A stretch of DNA of 64,000 nucleotides. Origin: Oscillibacter sp. Lineage in GTDB: Bacteria > Bacillota > Clostridia > Oscillospirales > Oscillospiraceae. A program made the translations under genes and the position numbers. Under the pieces are notes generated by a model. The model saw only the letters and a program-made list of their open reading frames with translations, was not told where the DNA came from and ran no database searches. The stretch lies in contig NZ_JBEUWZ010000004.1 of assembly GCF_040505565.1 (NCBI RefSeq), positions 60,826 to 124,825 on the forward strand. The letters run 5' to 3'. Positions 56,333 through 64,000 of this stretch are shown piece by piece (positions within the stretch are counted from its first letter, which is position 1; every line of letters starts with the position of its first letter).

Positions 56333-58798
56333 TCAATCCATTGCGTTGCAGTCTGCAAACAGATTCAGTCCTCGGTTTTCCCGCCGCTTTCCAAACTCTC
56401 GCAGCAGCCATGCCATCCGCTCACGGGTGGGCTTGTCGTTTTTACCGGACAGAAATATCCGGTAGCGAAAACGGTTGTTGACCTTCAGCACCGGCGCGGG
56501 GGCCGGGCCGAGGATCTCCGGCTCCGTATCGCGCACCGTCTCGTCCGCCATCAGCTCCCGCATCTCGTCCCGCAGGGATGCCGCCGCCCGGAGCACCGCG
56601 CTCTCGTCCCCACCGGAGACGGTGAGGGTAAAAAGGTCCGCAAAAGGCGGATAGCGCCGGATGCGCCGCAGGGCGATCTCACTTTCGTAAAACTGCTCGT
56701 AATCCTGCTGCGCGGCGCTTTGAATGACCTCGTTTCCGGGTGTATAGGTCTGAATCATCGCCCGACCACGCTTTGCGCCGCGTCCCGCCCGGCCAACCAC
56801 CTGTGTCAGCAGACTGAAGGTCCGCTCGGCGGCGCGGTAGTTGTCCAGATACAGCGACGAATCGGCGCTGAGTACGCCCACTAACGTCACATTTTCAAAA
56901 TCCAGCCCCTTGGCCACCATCTGAGTCCCCAAAAGGATGGGAATCCGTTCGTTGATAAAGCGGCTCAGCAGTTTTTCGTGGTCCCCACCGGCGGTGTCCG
57001 CGTCCATCCGCAGGACGCCAACTCCGGGAAACAGATCCCGCAGCTCCTCCTCTACCCGCTGAGTCCCGGCCCCGATGTGTTTCATGATTCCGCCGCACTC
57101 CGGGCAGGTATCGCTGGAGCGCTGGGAATGCCCGCAGTAATGGCACATCAGCCGCCCGTTGGCGGAGTGATAGGTCATGGAAACGCTGCATCTGGGACAG
57201 GTGGGAACGCTGCCGCACTCGCCGCACACCAGCATACGGCTGTTGCCCCGGCGATTCAAAAACAAAATGCTCTGCTCACCCCGATCCAGATTCTCTCGCA
57301 GCTCCCGCCGCAGAGGACCGCTGATCGCGCCCGCATTTCCGGCCTTGATCTCCTGCCGCAGGTCCACCACCGTGACGTCCGGCAGACTTTTTTCGTTGTA
57401 CCGTCTGCGCAGCAATTCATGGTGGTATTGCCCCTGCTTTGCGCACCATGCGGTTTCCACCGTGGGGGTGGCGGAGCCCAGCACCAGAGCCGCGCCGCAC
57501 TGGGCGCAGCGAAATTTGGCAATATCCCGTGTGTGATACCGGGGCGCGTTTTCGGACAGGTAGCTCCCCTCCTGCTCCTCGTCCATGATGACAAGGCCCA
57601 GCTCCCGCACCGGCGCGAATACGGCCGACCGGGTACCCAGCACCAACCGGGCCTCTCCCCGCCGAATGCGCTTCCACTGGTCATATCGCTCCGTCATGCG
57701 CAGGGAGCTATGGAGCATGGCCACCTGGGAGCCAAAATAGGATGAAAATTTTTCCATCATCTGCGGCGTCAGCACGATCTCCGGCACCAGCACGATCACG
57801 GATCTTCCGCGTTTCAAAACCTCCTGCGCCAGACGGATATAGACCTGGGTCTTTCCGCTGCCGGTGACGCCCTGTAAAAGCGCCGCTTCCGGTTTTTTGG
57901 TTTCAGTCAGGGCCAGGAGGTGTTCAAACGCGGACTGCTGCTCTGCGTTTAAGACGATGGGCAAGCCGGGCCGGATGGCTTTCGGCTCCGGAATACGGAG
58001 CTTTTCTTCCTCTGAAAACGCCACAATACCGGACTTCTCCAGTCCTTTCAGGGTCTGGGCGGAAGCTCCGGTAAAATAACAAATGTCCTGCACCGAGGCG
58101 CGGCCGGTGGCGCACAGCAGCAAAACCACCTCATAGCGCATCGGCGCTGATTTTTTTCGCGGCTCCACCAGCGCCAGAGCCTCCGCCCCGTCCATGGTCA
58201 GCTCTGCCATACGGCGCGTCTTGTCACCAATACGCCGGGCGGCTGTGATGTCCGAGGATAAAACGCCCTTTTTGCACAGCGTCCTTAGTACCGGCTCCAC
58301 GCCGTCGCCGCAGGCGGACTTCAGCTGAGACAGCTCCGCGCTGCCCCCAGCGGCGAAAAGCATGTCCAGCACGCGATCCGCATCCTTGATCTTCCCGACA
58401 AGCGCTCCGGCAGCGGCGCGGTCAAGCTCCTCTGCCGCAGTAAAAGTCTCCCTCATTTGGTACCAGAGTCCTGCGGGCAGGATGGTCTTCACCGCCTCGT
58501 ACATGGTGCAGAAATACCGCTGACGCATCCACAGCGCTAGAGACATGCCCCAGCTGTCCAGCACCGGCCCGTCGTCCAGAACGGATTCCAGTGCCTTCAC
58601 ATTGGAGCGCTTCGGCGCGGTTTCCCGCGCCATAATCACGCCCTCGCAGCTGCGGTTTCCCCTGCCGAAGGGCACCATCACCCGGACGCCCGGCAGCGCC
58701 TTTTCAAGCATTGGTTCGGGAATCAGATAGTCGTAGGGCTTGTCAATGGAATACGTCGCCGCGCTGACGGCCACCTTTGCGATCTCTGCCTGCTCCAT
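56333..58798 (-). CDS. priA: Primosomal protein N' (replication restart helicase)
   Basis: GVTGSGKT, DEEQ and the Cys-rich insertion CGECGSVPTCPRCSVSMTYH...CHYCGH...CPECG. 821 aa. Confidence 0.95.
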   Translation of the reverse strand: MEQAEIAKVAVSAATYSIDKPYDYLIPEPMLEKALPGVRVMVPFGRGNRSCEGVIMARETAPKRSNVKALESVLDDGPVLDSWGMSLALWMRQRYFCTMYEAVKTILPAGLWYQMRETFTAAEELDRAAAGALVGKIKDADRVLDMLFAAGGSAELSQLKSACGDGVEPVLRTLCKKGVLSSDITAARRIGDKTRRMAELTMDGAEALALVEPRKKSAPMRYEVVLLLCATGRASVQDICYFTGASAQTLKGLEKSGIVAFSEEEKLRIPEPKAIRPGLPIVLNAEQQSAFEHLLALTETKKPEAALLQGVTGSGKTQVYIRLAQEVLKRGRSVIVLVPEIVLTPQMMEKFSSYFGSQVAMLHSSLRMTERYDQWKRIRRGEARLVLGTRSAVFAPVRELGLVIMDEEQEGSYLSENAPRYHTRDIAKFRCAQCGAALVLGSATPTVETAWCAKQGQYHHELLRRRYNEKSLPDVTVVDLRQEIKAGNAGAISGPLRRELRENLDRGEQSILFLNRRGNSRMLVCGECGSVPTCPRCSVSMTYHSANGRLMCHYCGHSQRSSDTCPECGGIMKHIGAGTQRVEEELRDLFPGVGVLRMDADTAGGDHEKLLSRFINERIPILLGTQMVAKGLDFENVTLVGVLSADSSLYLDNYRAAERTFSLLTQVVGRAGRGAKRGRAMIQTYTPGNEVIQSAAQQDYEQFYESEIALRRIRRYPPFADLFTLTVSGGDESAVLRAAASLRDEMRELMADETVRDTEPEILGPAPAPVLKVNNRFRYRIFLSGKNDKPTRERMAWLLREFGKRRENRGLNLFADCNAMD

Positions 58799-58822
58799 CC
58801 GTGTCCCTCCCCGGTCGTCGGC

Positions 58823-59068
58823 TTACAGCTGTTCCTCCTGCTGTACGATAGCGGTTTCCTCTTTAATGGTCAGGTCCATGCCCCGGGCATCCAGCTTTCC
58901 TTCCGCTACCTCTCGGATGGCGAGGGTCACCGGCTTTTCGGTTAGGGGTTCGCCGGATTCCTCAGCGGCCTCGGAGATCTGCCGCGCCCGGAGGGCCACC
59001 ACATTCACCAGCATATAACGGTTGGGAATGTAGCTGTTCAGCTTGCTCATTGCAGGATATAGCATCAT
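58823..59068 (-). CDS. rpoZ: DNA-directed RNA polymerase subunit omega
   Basis: NRYMLVNVVALRARQI core motif. Its position between gmk and priA fits. Confidence 0.85.
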   Translation of the reverse strand: MMLYPAMSKLNSYIPNRYMLVNVVALRARQISEAAEESGEPLTEKPVTLAIREVAEGKLDARGMDLTIKEETAIVQQEEQL

Positions 59069-59126
59069 AGTAAATATCTTCCTATCTGCCTTTCGGCTTA
59101 AAATAAACGGTCCTATTCGCAGAAGG

Positions 59127-59723
59127 TCACCTTCCGTTGATGATCTCCATGCGTTCGCTGGGCTTGCAGTGTTCCGCCGTCAGGATGGCGTCCAGCTCCG
59201 CCACCGCCGTTTCCACCGTGTCATTGATAACGAAATAGTCGTAGGTATGGGCTGTCTGAAACTCCACCTTGGCCCGCAGGAGACGTTTTTCAACCTTTTC
59301 CGGGGAGTCGGTGCCCCGCTCCGTCAAGCGCCGCTCCAACTCCGCCCAGGAGGGCGGAGCAATAAAAATCCGGACGGTCTCCGTCCGCTTGCTGCACACC
59401 TGCAGCGCGCCTTGAATCTCTATATCCAAAATCACGTCCCGTCCGGCATCCATGGCCTCATCCACATACTTTTTGGGTGTGCCGTAAAAGTTGCCGACAT
59501 ACTCCGCGTATTCAAGAAACGCATCCTCTGCGATTCGCTGGCGGAACGTGTCCACATCCATAAACCGGTAATGGACGCCGTCCACTTCGCCGGGACGGGG
59601 TTCCCGAGTGGTGGCGGATACGGAGAAGTAAAGATCGGGACGCTTTTCAAGCAACGCCTTCAAAACCGTACTCTTTCCCACGCCGGAGGGGCCGGAAATG
59701 ATGAAAGTCTTTCCCTTTTGCAT
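59127..59723 (-). CDS. gmk: Guanylate kinase
   Basis: FIISGPSGVGKSTV P-loop and TTR.PR.GE motif. The start was trimmed to MQKGKTF. The track's 41-aa extension overlaps remA. Confidence 0.95.
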   Translation of the reverse strand: MQKGKTFIISGPSGVGKSTVLKALLEKRPDLYFSVSATTREPRPGEVDGVHYRFMDVDTFRQRIAEDAFLEYAEYVGNFYGTPKKYVDEAMDAGRDVILDIEIQGALQVCSKRTETVRIFIAPPSWAELERRLTERGTDSPEKVEKRLLRAKVEFQTAHTYDYFVINDTVETAVAELDAILTAEHCKPSERMEIINGR

Positions 59724-59724
59724 T

Positions 59725-59982
59725 CTATTCTTCCTCTTCCTTCGCGATTTCAGTCCCCAGCCGCCCCGCCAGCTTTTCCACCGGCAGCGCGGAAAGGACC
59801 ACATGGTCGCTGTCCATGATAAAAATAGAGGCGGTTTTCCGCCCATAGGTAGCGTCGATCAGCATACCCCGCTCCCGGGATTCCTGAACAAGGCGCTTCA
59901 CCGGCGCGGAATCCGGGCTGACCACCGCCACCAGGCGGTCAGCGGATAGCAGGCTTCCAAAGCCGATATTGATGAGTTTCAC
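59725..59982 (-). CDS. remA: DUF370 / RemA-family regulator
   Basis: [31 protein letters not shown] is highly conserved with Bacillus RemA (YlzA). 85 aa. Confidence 0.85.
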   Translation of the reverse strand: MKLINIGFGSLLSADRLVAVVSPDSAPVKRLVQESRERGMLIDATYGRKTASIFIMDSDHVVLSALPVEKLAGRLGTEIAKEEEE

Positions 59983-59986
59983 GGCC

Positions 59987-60865
59987 TCACTCCACGTTCT
60001 GGACCTGTTCGCGGATCTTCTCCACCTCCGCCTTCAGGTCCACCACCACTTGGGCGATGGAGACGTCGCAGCACTTGGAGCCAATGGTATTGGATTCCCG
60101 GTTGACCTCCTGAATCAGGAAGTCCATCTTCCGGCCCATGGGCTCGTCGGCCTTCAGCATATCCCGCAGCTGGGCTACGTGACTGCGCAGGCGGACGGTC
60201 TCCTCATCCACCGCCACCTTGTCCGCGTAGATCGCGGCTTCGGTCAAAATCCGCTGAGGGTCAATGGAGGTACTCTGAAGCACCTCTTCCATCCGGGCCG
60301 TCAGCTTCTGGCGATACTCCGAAACCGTTTCTGGAGAGCGTTCCTCCACCCGGCTGGTCAAAGCTTCAATTGCGGTAAGACGGCCGCCGATGTCCGCAGC
60401 CAGCTTTTCGCCCTCCACAGCCCGCATCGTGTTATATGCAGCCAGCGCCTCGTCCAGCACCTTGCAGATATCCGCGCCCAGCGTCTCCAGATCCTCTTCC
60501 GCCTTGGTCACGCTCAGCACGTCCGGGAATCGGGCCAGCGTCTCCGGTGTAAGTTTAGGCTCCGTGCCGCAGATCTCCGCCAGCTCCCGCAGCGCCGTGG
60601 CATAACTCTCCGCAAGACCGTGGTCCACCACCACCTTCGCGGTGTCCGCGCCTGTGGAGTCAATGGTGAAAAGGACATCCACTTTACCCCGCGAGATGGC
60701 CTGCTGTACGTGCTTACGCACCGCATCCTCCGCAAATACATAAGCTCTTGGCAGTTTTACCGCACAGTCCAGATACCGGTTGTTGACGGACCGGACCTCC
60801 ACGGTGATGTCCCGTTTTTCAAGCGTTTGTCTGGCCCGTCCATAGCCGGTCATACTTTTAATCAA
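59987..60865 (-). CDS. yicC: YicC-family stress-induced protein (YloC-like endoribonuclease)
   Basis: [11 protein letters not shown] ... SVNNRYLD ... C-terminal [13 protein letters not shown]. Confidence 0.9.
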   Translation of the reverse strand: MIKSMTGYGRARQTLEKRDITVEVRSVNNRYLDCAVKLPRAYVFAEDAVRKHVQQAISRGKVDVLFTIDSTGADTAKVVVDHGLAESYATALRELAEICGTEPKLTPETLARFPDVLSVTKAEEDLETLGADICKVLDEALAAYNTMRAVEGEKLAADIGGRLTAIEALTSRVEERSPETVSEYRQKLTARMEEVLQSTSIDPQRILTEAAIYADKVAVDEETVRLRSHVAQLRDMLKADEPMGRKMDFLIQEVNRESNTIGSKCCDVSIAQVVVDLKAEVEKIREQVQNVE

Positions 60866-60895
60866 ATTCGTTTCCTCCCAACAAAAGTTCCCGCC

Positions 60896-61546
60896 TCACA
60901 GGCAGCGGAATCCAGCCCCGCACCCATTGCACAGAAGCAATGTGCAGCAAAGCTGCTGGCACAGGCTGCTGCCTCCGCACATCTCCGTCCCAAAGCTGCC
61001 GTTTGGGCTATAGGCCGCGCGGCCGGCGCCTTCCATAAAGTCCAGCGCCTGCTGATACTCCCGGTTGCCCGGGTCCATCTGCACAGCGGCCTCATAGTAC
61101 CGCTTCGCCTCGTCCAGCCAGCCCCGGCGGTAGCATACAGCGCCCTTAAGAAAGTTCCACTCCGCGTTGTGGTCGGAGTAATTCGACAGCAGCGCCTCCG
61201 CCCGGCTCAGATCGCCGGCATTGATGGACATACGCGCCTGCTGCAAAACGGAGCTTCCGGACTGCTGCGCAGATCCTCCACCGCCGTAGCCGTACCCATA
61301 GCCGCCGCTGTATCCGCCGTAGCTTGCGGTGCTGCGGCTTCCGCCGCCCCGACTGCTGCCGCGCAGCTTATTGACCTCCTCGTAGGCGGCGTTGATCTCC
61401 TTCATCTTCTCCTGCGCCAAATCCGCCAGAGGATTGTCGTGATAGTTGTCGGGATGGTACTTCCGCGCCAGCTCCAGATATGCTTTTTTCACTTCCGCGT
61501 CCGTCGCAGATTCGGGAACGCCGAGTACCTTATAGGGATCGTTCAT
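60896..61546 (-). CDS. J-domain protein with Gly/Tyr linker, TPR-like helix pair and Cys-rich C-terminal tail
   Basis: DPYKVLGV...KKAYLELARKYHPD J-domain with the HPD motif. This is followed by GGYSGGYGYGYGGGG, a TPR-like segment and the tail CGGSSLCQQLCCTLLLCNGCGAGFRCL. Confidence 0.8.
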   Translation of the reverse strand: MNDPYKVLGVPESATDAEVKKAYLELARKYHPDNYHDNPLADLAQEKMKEINAAYEEVNKLRGSSRGGGSRSTASYGGYSGGYGYGYGGGGSAQQSGSSVLQQARMSINAGDLSRAEALLSNYSDHNAEWNFLKGAVCYRRGWLDEAKRYYEAAVQMDPGNREYQQALDFMEGAGRAAYSPNGSFGTEMCGGSSLCQQLCCTLLLCNGCGAGFRCL

Positions 61547-62442
61547 GTGGTCTCCTCAACATTTCTATCTTTCTTTTGCTCCGGACGTCCCGCCCGGTAC
61601 GTGCCGGAAAGCACTGCTTTTCCAATCTGAAACAACCCCGCATAGACGGTGTGTTCCAAAATGCTGGTCCAGCACCCGAAATCCCACAGCTCGTAGGCCG
61701 TGGCAAGTAAGCGGATGGAGTGGTCGACGGTCTGGGTGAAGGACGCGCGGCTCTCCTGCGTCCATACGCCGTCCGTCAGGCCGTACCGATAAATGAGCGG
61801 ATTGTAGTTCCCGTCGGCGGCGTCCTCCTTCAGATCGTCCGCCGCGTCCATCAGATAGACCCAACGACCCAGATGGTACAGCATCTGATGGAGGATGCGG
61901 CGCAGGCGTCCGTCCTCCGCCTCATCCGCGGCCGCGGCCAGAATCTGCGCAAAGGCGTCCGCAGGCTCGTCCAGTGACGGGGATTTGGACTGTTCCAGCT
62001 CCGTGAGACGCTTGAGCTGTTCCCGAGTCACACGGTCAAATTCCGGTCTGGCGGCGGCGGCTTTCTGAAAACTGCTCTCAAGGGCCAGGGATGCCGCGCG
62101 GTACTTGAGCCCTTTGAAAAGTCCGTGGTCCACCACGCCGTCTCGCGCCTGCCAATAGGCCAAAATCACACTCTCGTCCGCAGCCAGATCCAGCGCCGGA
62201 TTTTCCCCGCAGTAAGCTTGCTTTTTTAACGGACTTGCCACACACCGGGCGCAGCGCGTTTCCGGCTCCTCTCCGCCTGAGAGCAGAATGGCCAGAAACG
62301 TGAAATCGTAATTCAGGATAAACCGGGCGGGCAGCCCGCAGCGGCGGCGCAGGGTGTGGCACAGTCCGCAGTAGGCCCGTCGGAACCGCTCCTGTTCCTC
62401 TTGGGGAAGCTGTTCCAGGGGCGGCCTCACGTAACCAAACAT
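61543..62442 (-). CDS. DUF5685-family protein
   Basis: MFGYVRPPLEQL...EQERFRRAYCGLCHTLRRRCG...LNYDFTFLAILL matches my memory of the DUF5685 N-terminus. Its stop overlaps the start of the J-domain gene by 4 nt. Confidence 0.65.
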   Translation of the reverse strand: MFGYVRPPLEQLPQEEQERFRRAYCGLCHTLRRRCGLPARFILNYDFTFLAILLSGGEEPETRCARCVASPLKKQAYCGENPALDLAADESVILAYWQARDGVVDHGLFKGLKYRAASLALESSFQKAAAARPEFDRVTREQLKRLTELEQSKSPSLDEPADAFAQILAAAADEAEDGRLRRILHQMLYHLGRWVYLMDAADDLKEDAADGNYNPLIYRYGLTDGVWTQESRASFTQTVDHSIRLLATAYELWDFGCWTSILEHTVYAGLFQIGKAVLSGTYRAGRPEQKKDRNVEETT

Positions 62443-62453
62443 GGCGATCCGGC

Positions 62454-62861
62454 TCAGAAAAATCGGACGATGGTGAAGTCCAGTCCGCCCTGCCGCCGCA
62501 GGTGGCGGTCATAGAGCACTGCCGGGATCAGGCCCAGTCCAAAGGCGATCGCCGCCGTAGTGTACTGGACGGCCGTGGGGAAAATGGAAGCGGTGAGAAA
62601 ATACCCCAGGAAAAACAGCACCACCGGCACCATATAGACCAAAAGGACAATACCCATCAAATGCTTGGTGCTGCTCTCCACCACCACCTTTTGTCCAGGC
62701 TGGGCCCCAATGGGATTGCTGGCGCGGGCGTAGACCGGTGCCCCGGAGACGCCGCATCCGGCGCACTCCTCACAGTCGTGTCCGCAGGCGGACTTCCGGG
62801 CCACGGCGATTTGCGCATGGTCCGCATCCAACAGTTTCTCGATCGTTGCAACTTGTGTCAT
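62454..62861 (-). CDS. RseC/MucC-family (SoxR-reducing-system-like) small membrane protein
   Basis: An N-terminal beta segment with CGHDCEECAGCG, then two C-terminal TMH. 135 aa. Confidence 0.7.
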   Translation of the reverse strand: MTQVATIEKLLDADHAQIAVARKSACGHDCEECAGCGVSGAPVYARASNPIGAQPGQKVVVESSTKHLMGIVLLVYMVPVVLFFLGYFLTASIFPTAVQYTTAAIAFGLGLIPAVLYDRHLRRQGGLDFTIVRFF

Positions 62862-62881
62862 AATAATGCTCCTAAGTCCTT

Positions 62882-64000
62882 TTAAGGTTCTTGATTGACA
62901 TCCGTATTGTTATTCGTACGATTGGTATCGGCCTCCGGAGTTTCCCCCGTCTGTCCGGTGTCCTCGGTAATCGTGACCCGCACCTGATATTCACCCCGAA
63001 CGCCCACATCCGCGCCATTTCCGATCACCACCTGCGCGGGGACCGTATAGCTCCCGCTTGCCGCGGTGACATCCGTCAGATCTGCCATCACCGTAACGTC
63101 CTCTGACGTCACGGACGCCACATCCGCTGCGGTCCCCCGCAGAGAAACCGGCAATTCCGTAGTCAGTACCGTTACAATTTTTCCGGCCGGTACGTTTTCA
63201 CACGCGAATTTAACGGCGCTGACGGTGGATGAAGCCATATCCTTGAATTTAACGGTCATTGTGGCCCGGGTGGTGCCGCTGAGGTTCTCACAGCCCGTCG
63301 GGACAGTGATCGTATACCGATACGTGGTGGGGCCGGAGAAATCCGCCAGATCAAAGTCATCCAGCGTAATGGAATCCATGTCCTTCAAAAGCTCTGCGGC
63401 TCCCGAGACCATAACGCTGGCGGGTGTGATGGTGTACTCCAGATTGCCAACCCTTGCACCGTCCGCCTCAATGAAGTTCACCTTCAGCGGAAGCTCCTTC
63501 TCCACATTTACCGGCAGTGTCACCTGGATCTGGTCAGCGGTGGCGTGAAGATCCCCGGTATCCTGAATCAACTGGTCGGCCTCGTCATAGAGCTGGTATC
63601 CAAGTGTCTGGGAGACGGTCTGCGTGGCGTTATCAACCGAGAGCATCACCTTGGCGTAAGACACCTTGTCGACGTCTTCCTGAGGCCCGCGGATTTCAAG
63701 CGTTTCGGGTTGGAACTGGAGTTCGCCGGCAATATAGCCCTGGGCAACGGAGCCCTCAAGCGCACAGCGAATATCCACGTCCCGGCTGTACAGTTCGCCG
63801 ATCTCCACCTGCGCCGTGTAAGAGCTGGCATTGAGAATGGTGATGGAGTTTCTGGTAATGCCGTCGGGATAGTAGATCGTATAGCTAACGCTTTGGGTCC
63901 CGGTGGAGGTAATGTCGGTTAGGTCGGCCTGAATACGAATCTTGCTTGGGTCAAGCCGGGCCAGAACGCGCCGGCGGGCCTTGATCTCCAGCGTGATGGT
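62882..64000 (-). CDS. YbbR-domain protein (CdaR-like), 5'-truncated by the window edge
   Basis: Repeated YbbR-type beta modules (LEIRGPQEDVDKVSYAKV..., VMVSGAAELLKDMDSITL...). My own translation shows the frame stays open to position 64000. The track's M at 63808 is an internal GTG. Confidence 0.75.
   Translation of the reverse strand, partial: TITLEIKARRRVLARLDPSKIRIQADLTDITSTGTQSVSYTIYYPDGITRNSITILNASSYTAQVEIGELYSRDVDIRCALEGSVAQGYIAGELQFQPETLEIRGPQEDVDKVSYAKVMLSVDNATQTVSQTLGYQLYDEADQLIQDTGDLHATADQIQVTLPVNVEKELPLKVNFIEADGARVGNLEYTITPASVMVSGAAELLKDMDSITLDDFDLADFSGPTTYRYTITVPTGCENLSGTTRATMTVKFKDMASSTVSAVKFACENVPAGKIVTVLTTELPVSLRGTAADVASVTSEDVTVMADLTDVTAASGSYTVPAQVVIGNGADVGVRGEYQVRVTITEDTGQTGETPEADTNRTNNNTDVNQEP

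Noticed and set aside
59969-61630. 553-aa plus-strand ORF
   Set aside because: It is antisense to yicC and the J-domain gene and has the typical high-GC shadow-ORF composition.

Overview
This 64-kb window looks like a high-GC chromosome from a spore-forming Clostridia organism; the Oscillospiraceae-like placement is inference from gene content only. My hand counts of single 60-nt lines gave about 62% GC in core genes. All homology calls come from motif recognition by eye, with no database search. About 85% of the window is tightly packed, mostly minus-strand housekeeping genes. In coordinate order these are: rnmV-holA-comEC with a coupled XRE regulator; a Sua5-CoaE fusion; prfA; an ABC-F ATPase; murF-ddl; a complete nine-gene V-type ATPase operon; fba and pfp; coaX; ogt; spoIVA; an amino-acid ABC transporter; a SipL/SpoVID-like coat morphogenetic gene; and the conserved yicC-remA-gmk-rpoZ-priA-def-fmt-rsmB-rlmN-stp-prkC-rsgA block. 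The window ends with a J-domain/DUF5685/RseC-like/YbbR cluster. The only clearly accessory stretch starts just after a lone tRNA-Arg(ACG) at 28.3 kb. From about 28.4 to 30.9 kb the GC is visibly lower (about 43% in one counted line). This islet carries an orphan 131-aa protein, a 53-aa hydrophobic micro-protein, a tandem-DUF1540 Cys-rich protein and two CotF-like spore coat proteins, plus strong hairpins and what may be a gene remnant. A permease-asnB operon and an HD hydrolase follow it. The best concrete discovery is a 24-codon spoVM micro-ORF (47685-47759, minus strand) that falls below the ORF-track length cut-off. It sits in the position expected from Bacillus synteny, next to the SipL-like gene and near spoIVA. 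I found no CRISPR array, transposase, integrase, reverse transcriptase or recognisable defence or toxin module. I cannot point to a convincing new multi-gene system. The most plausible uncharacterised candidates are the coat-gene islet at the tRNA and the J-domain/DUF5685/RseC-like cluster.
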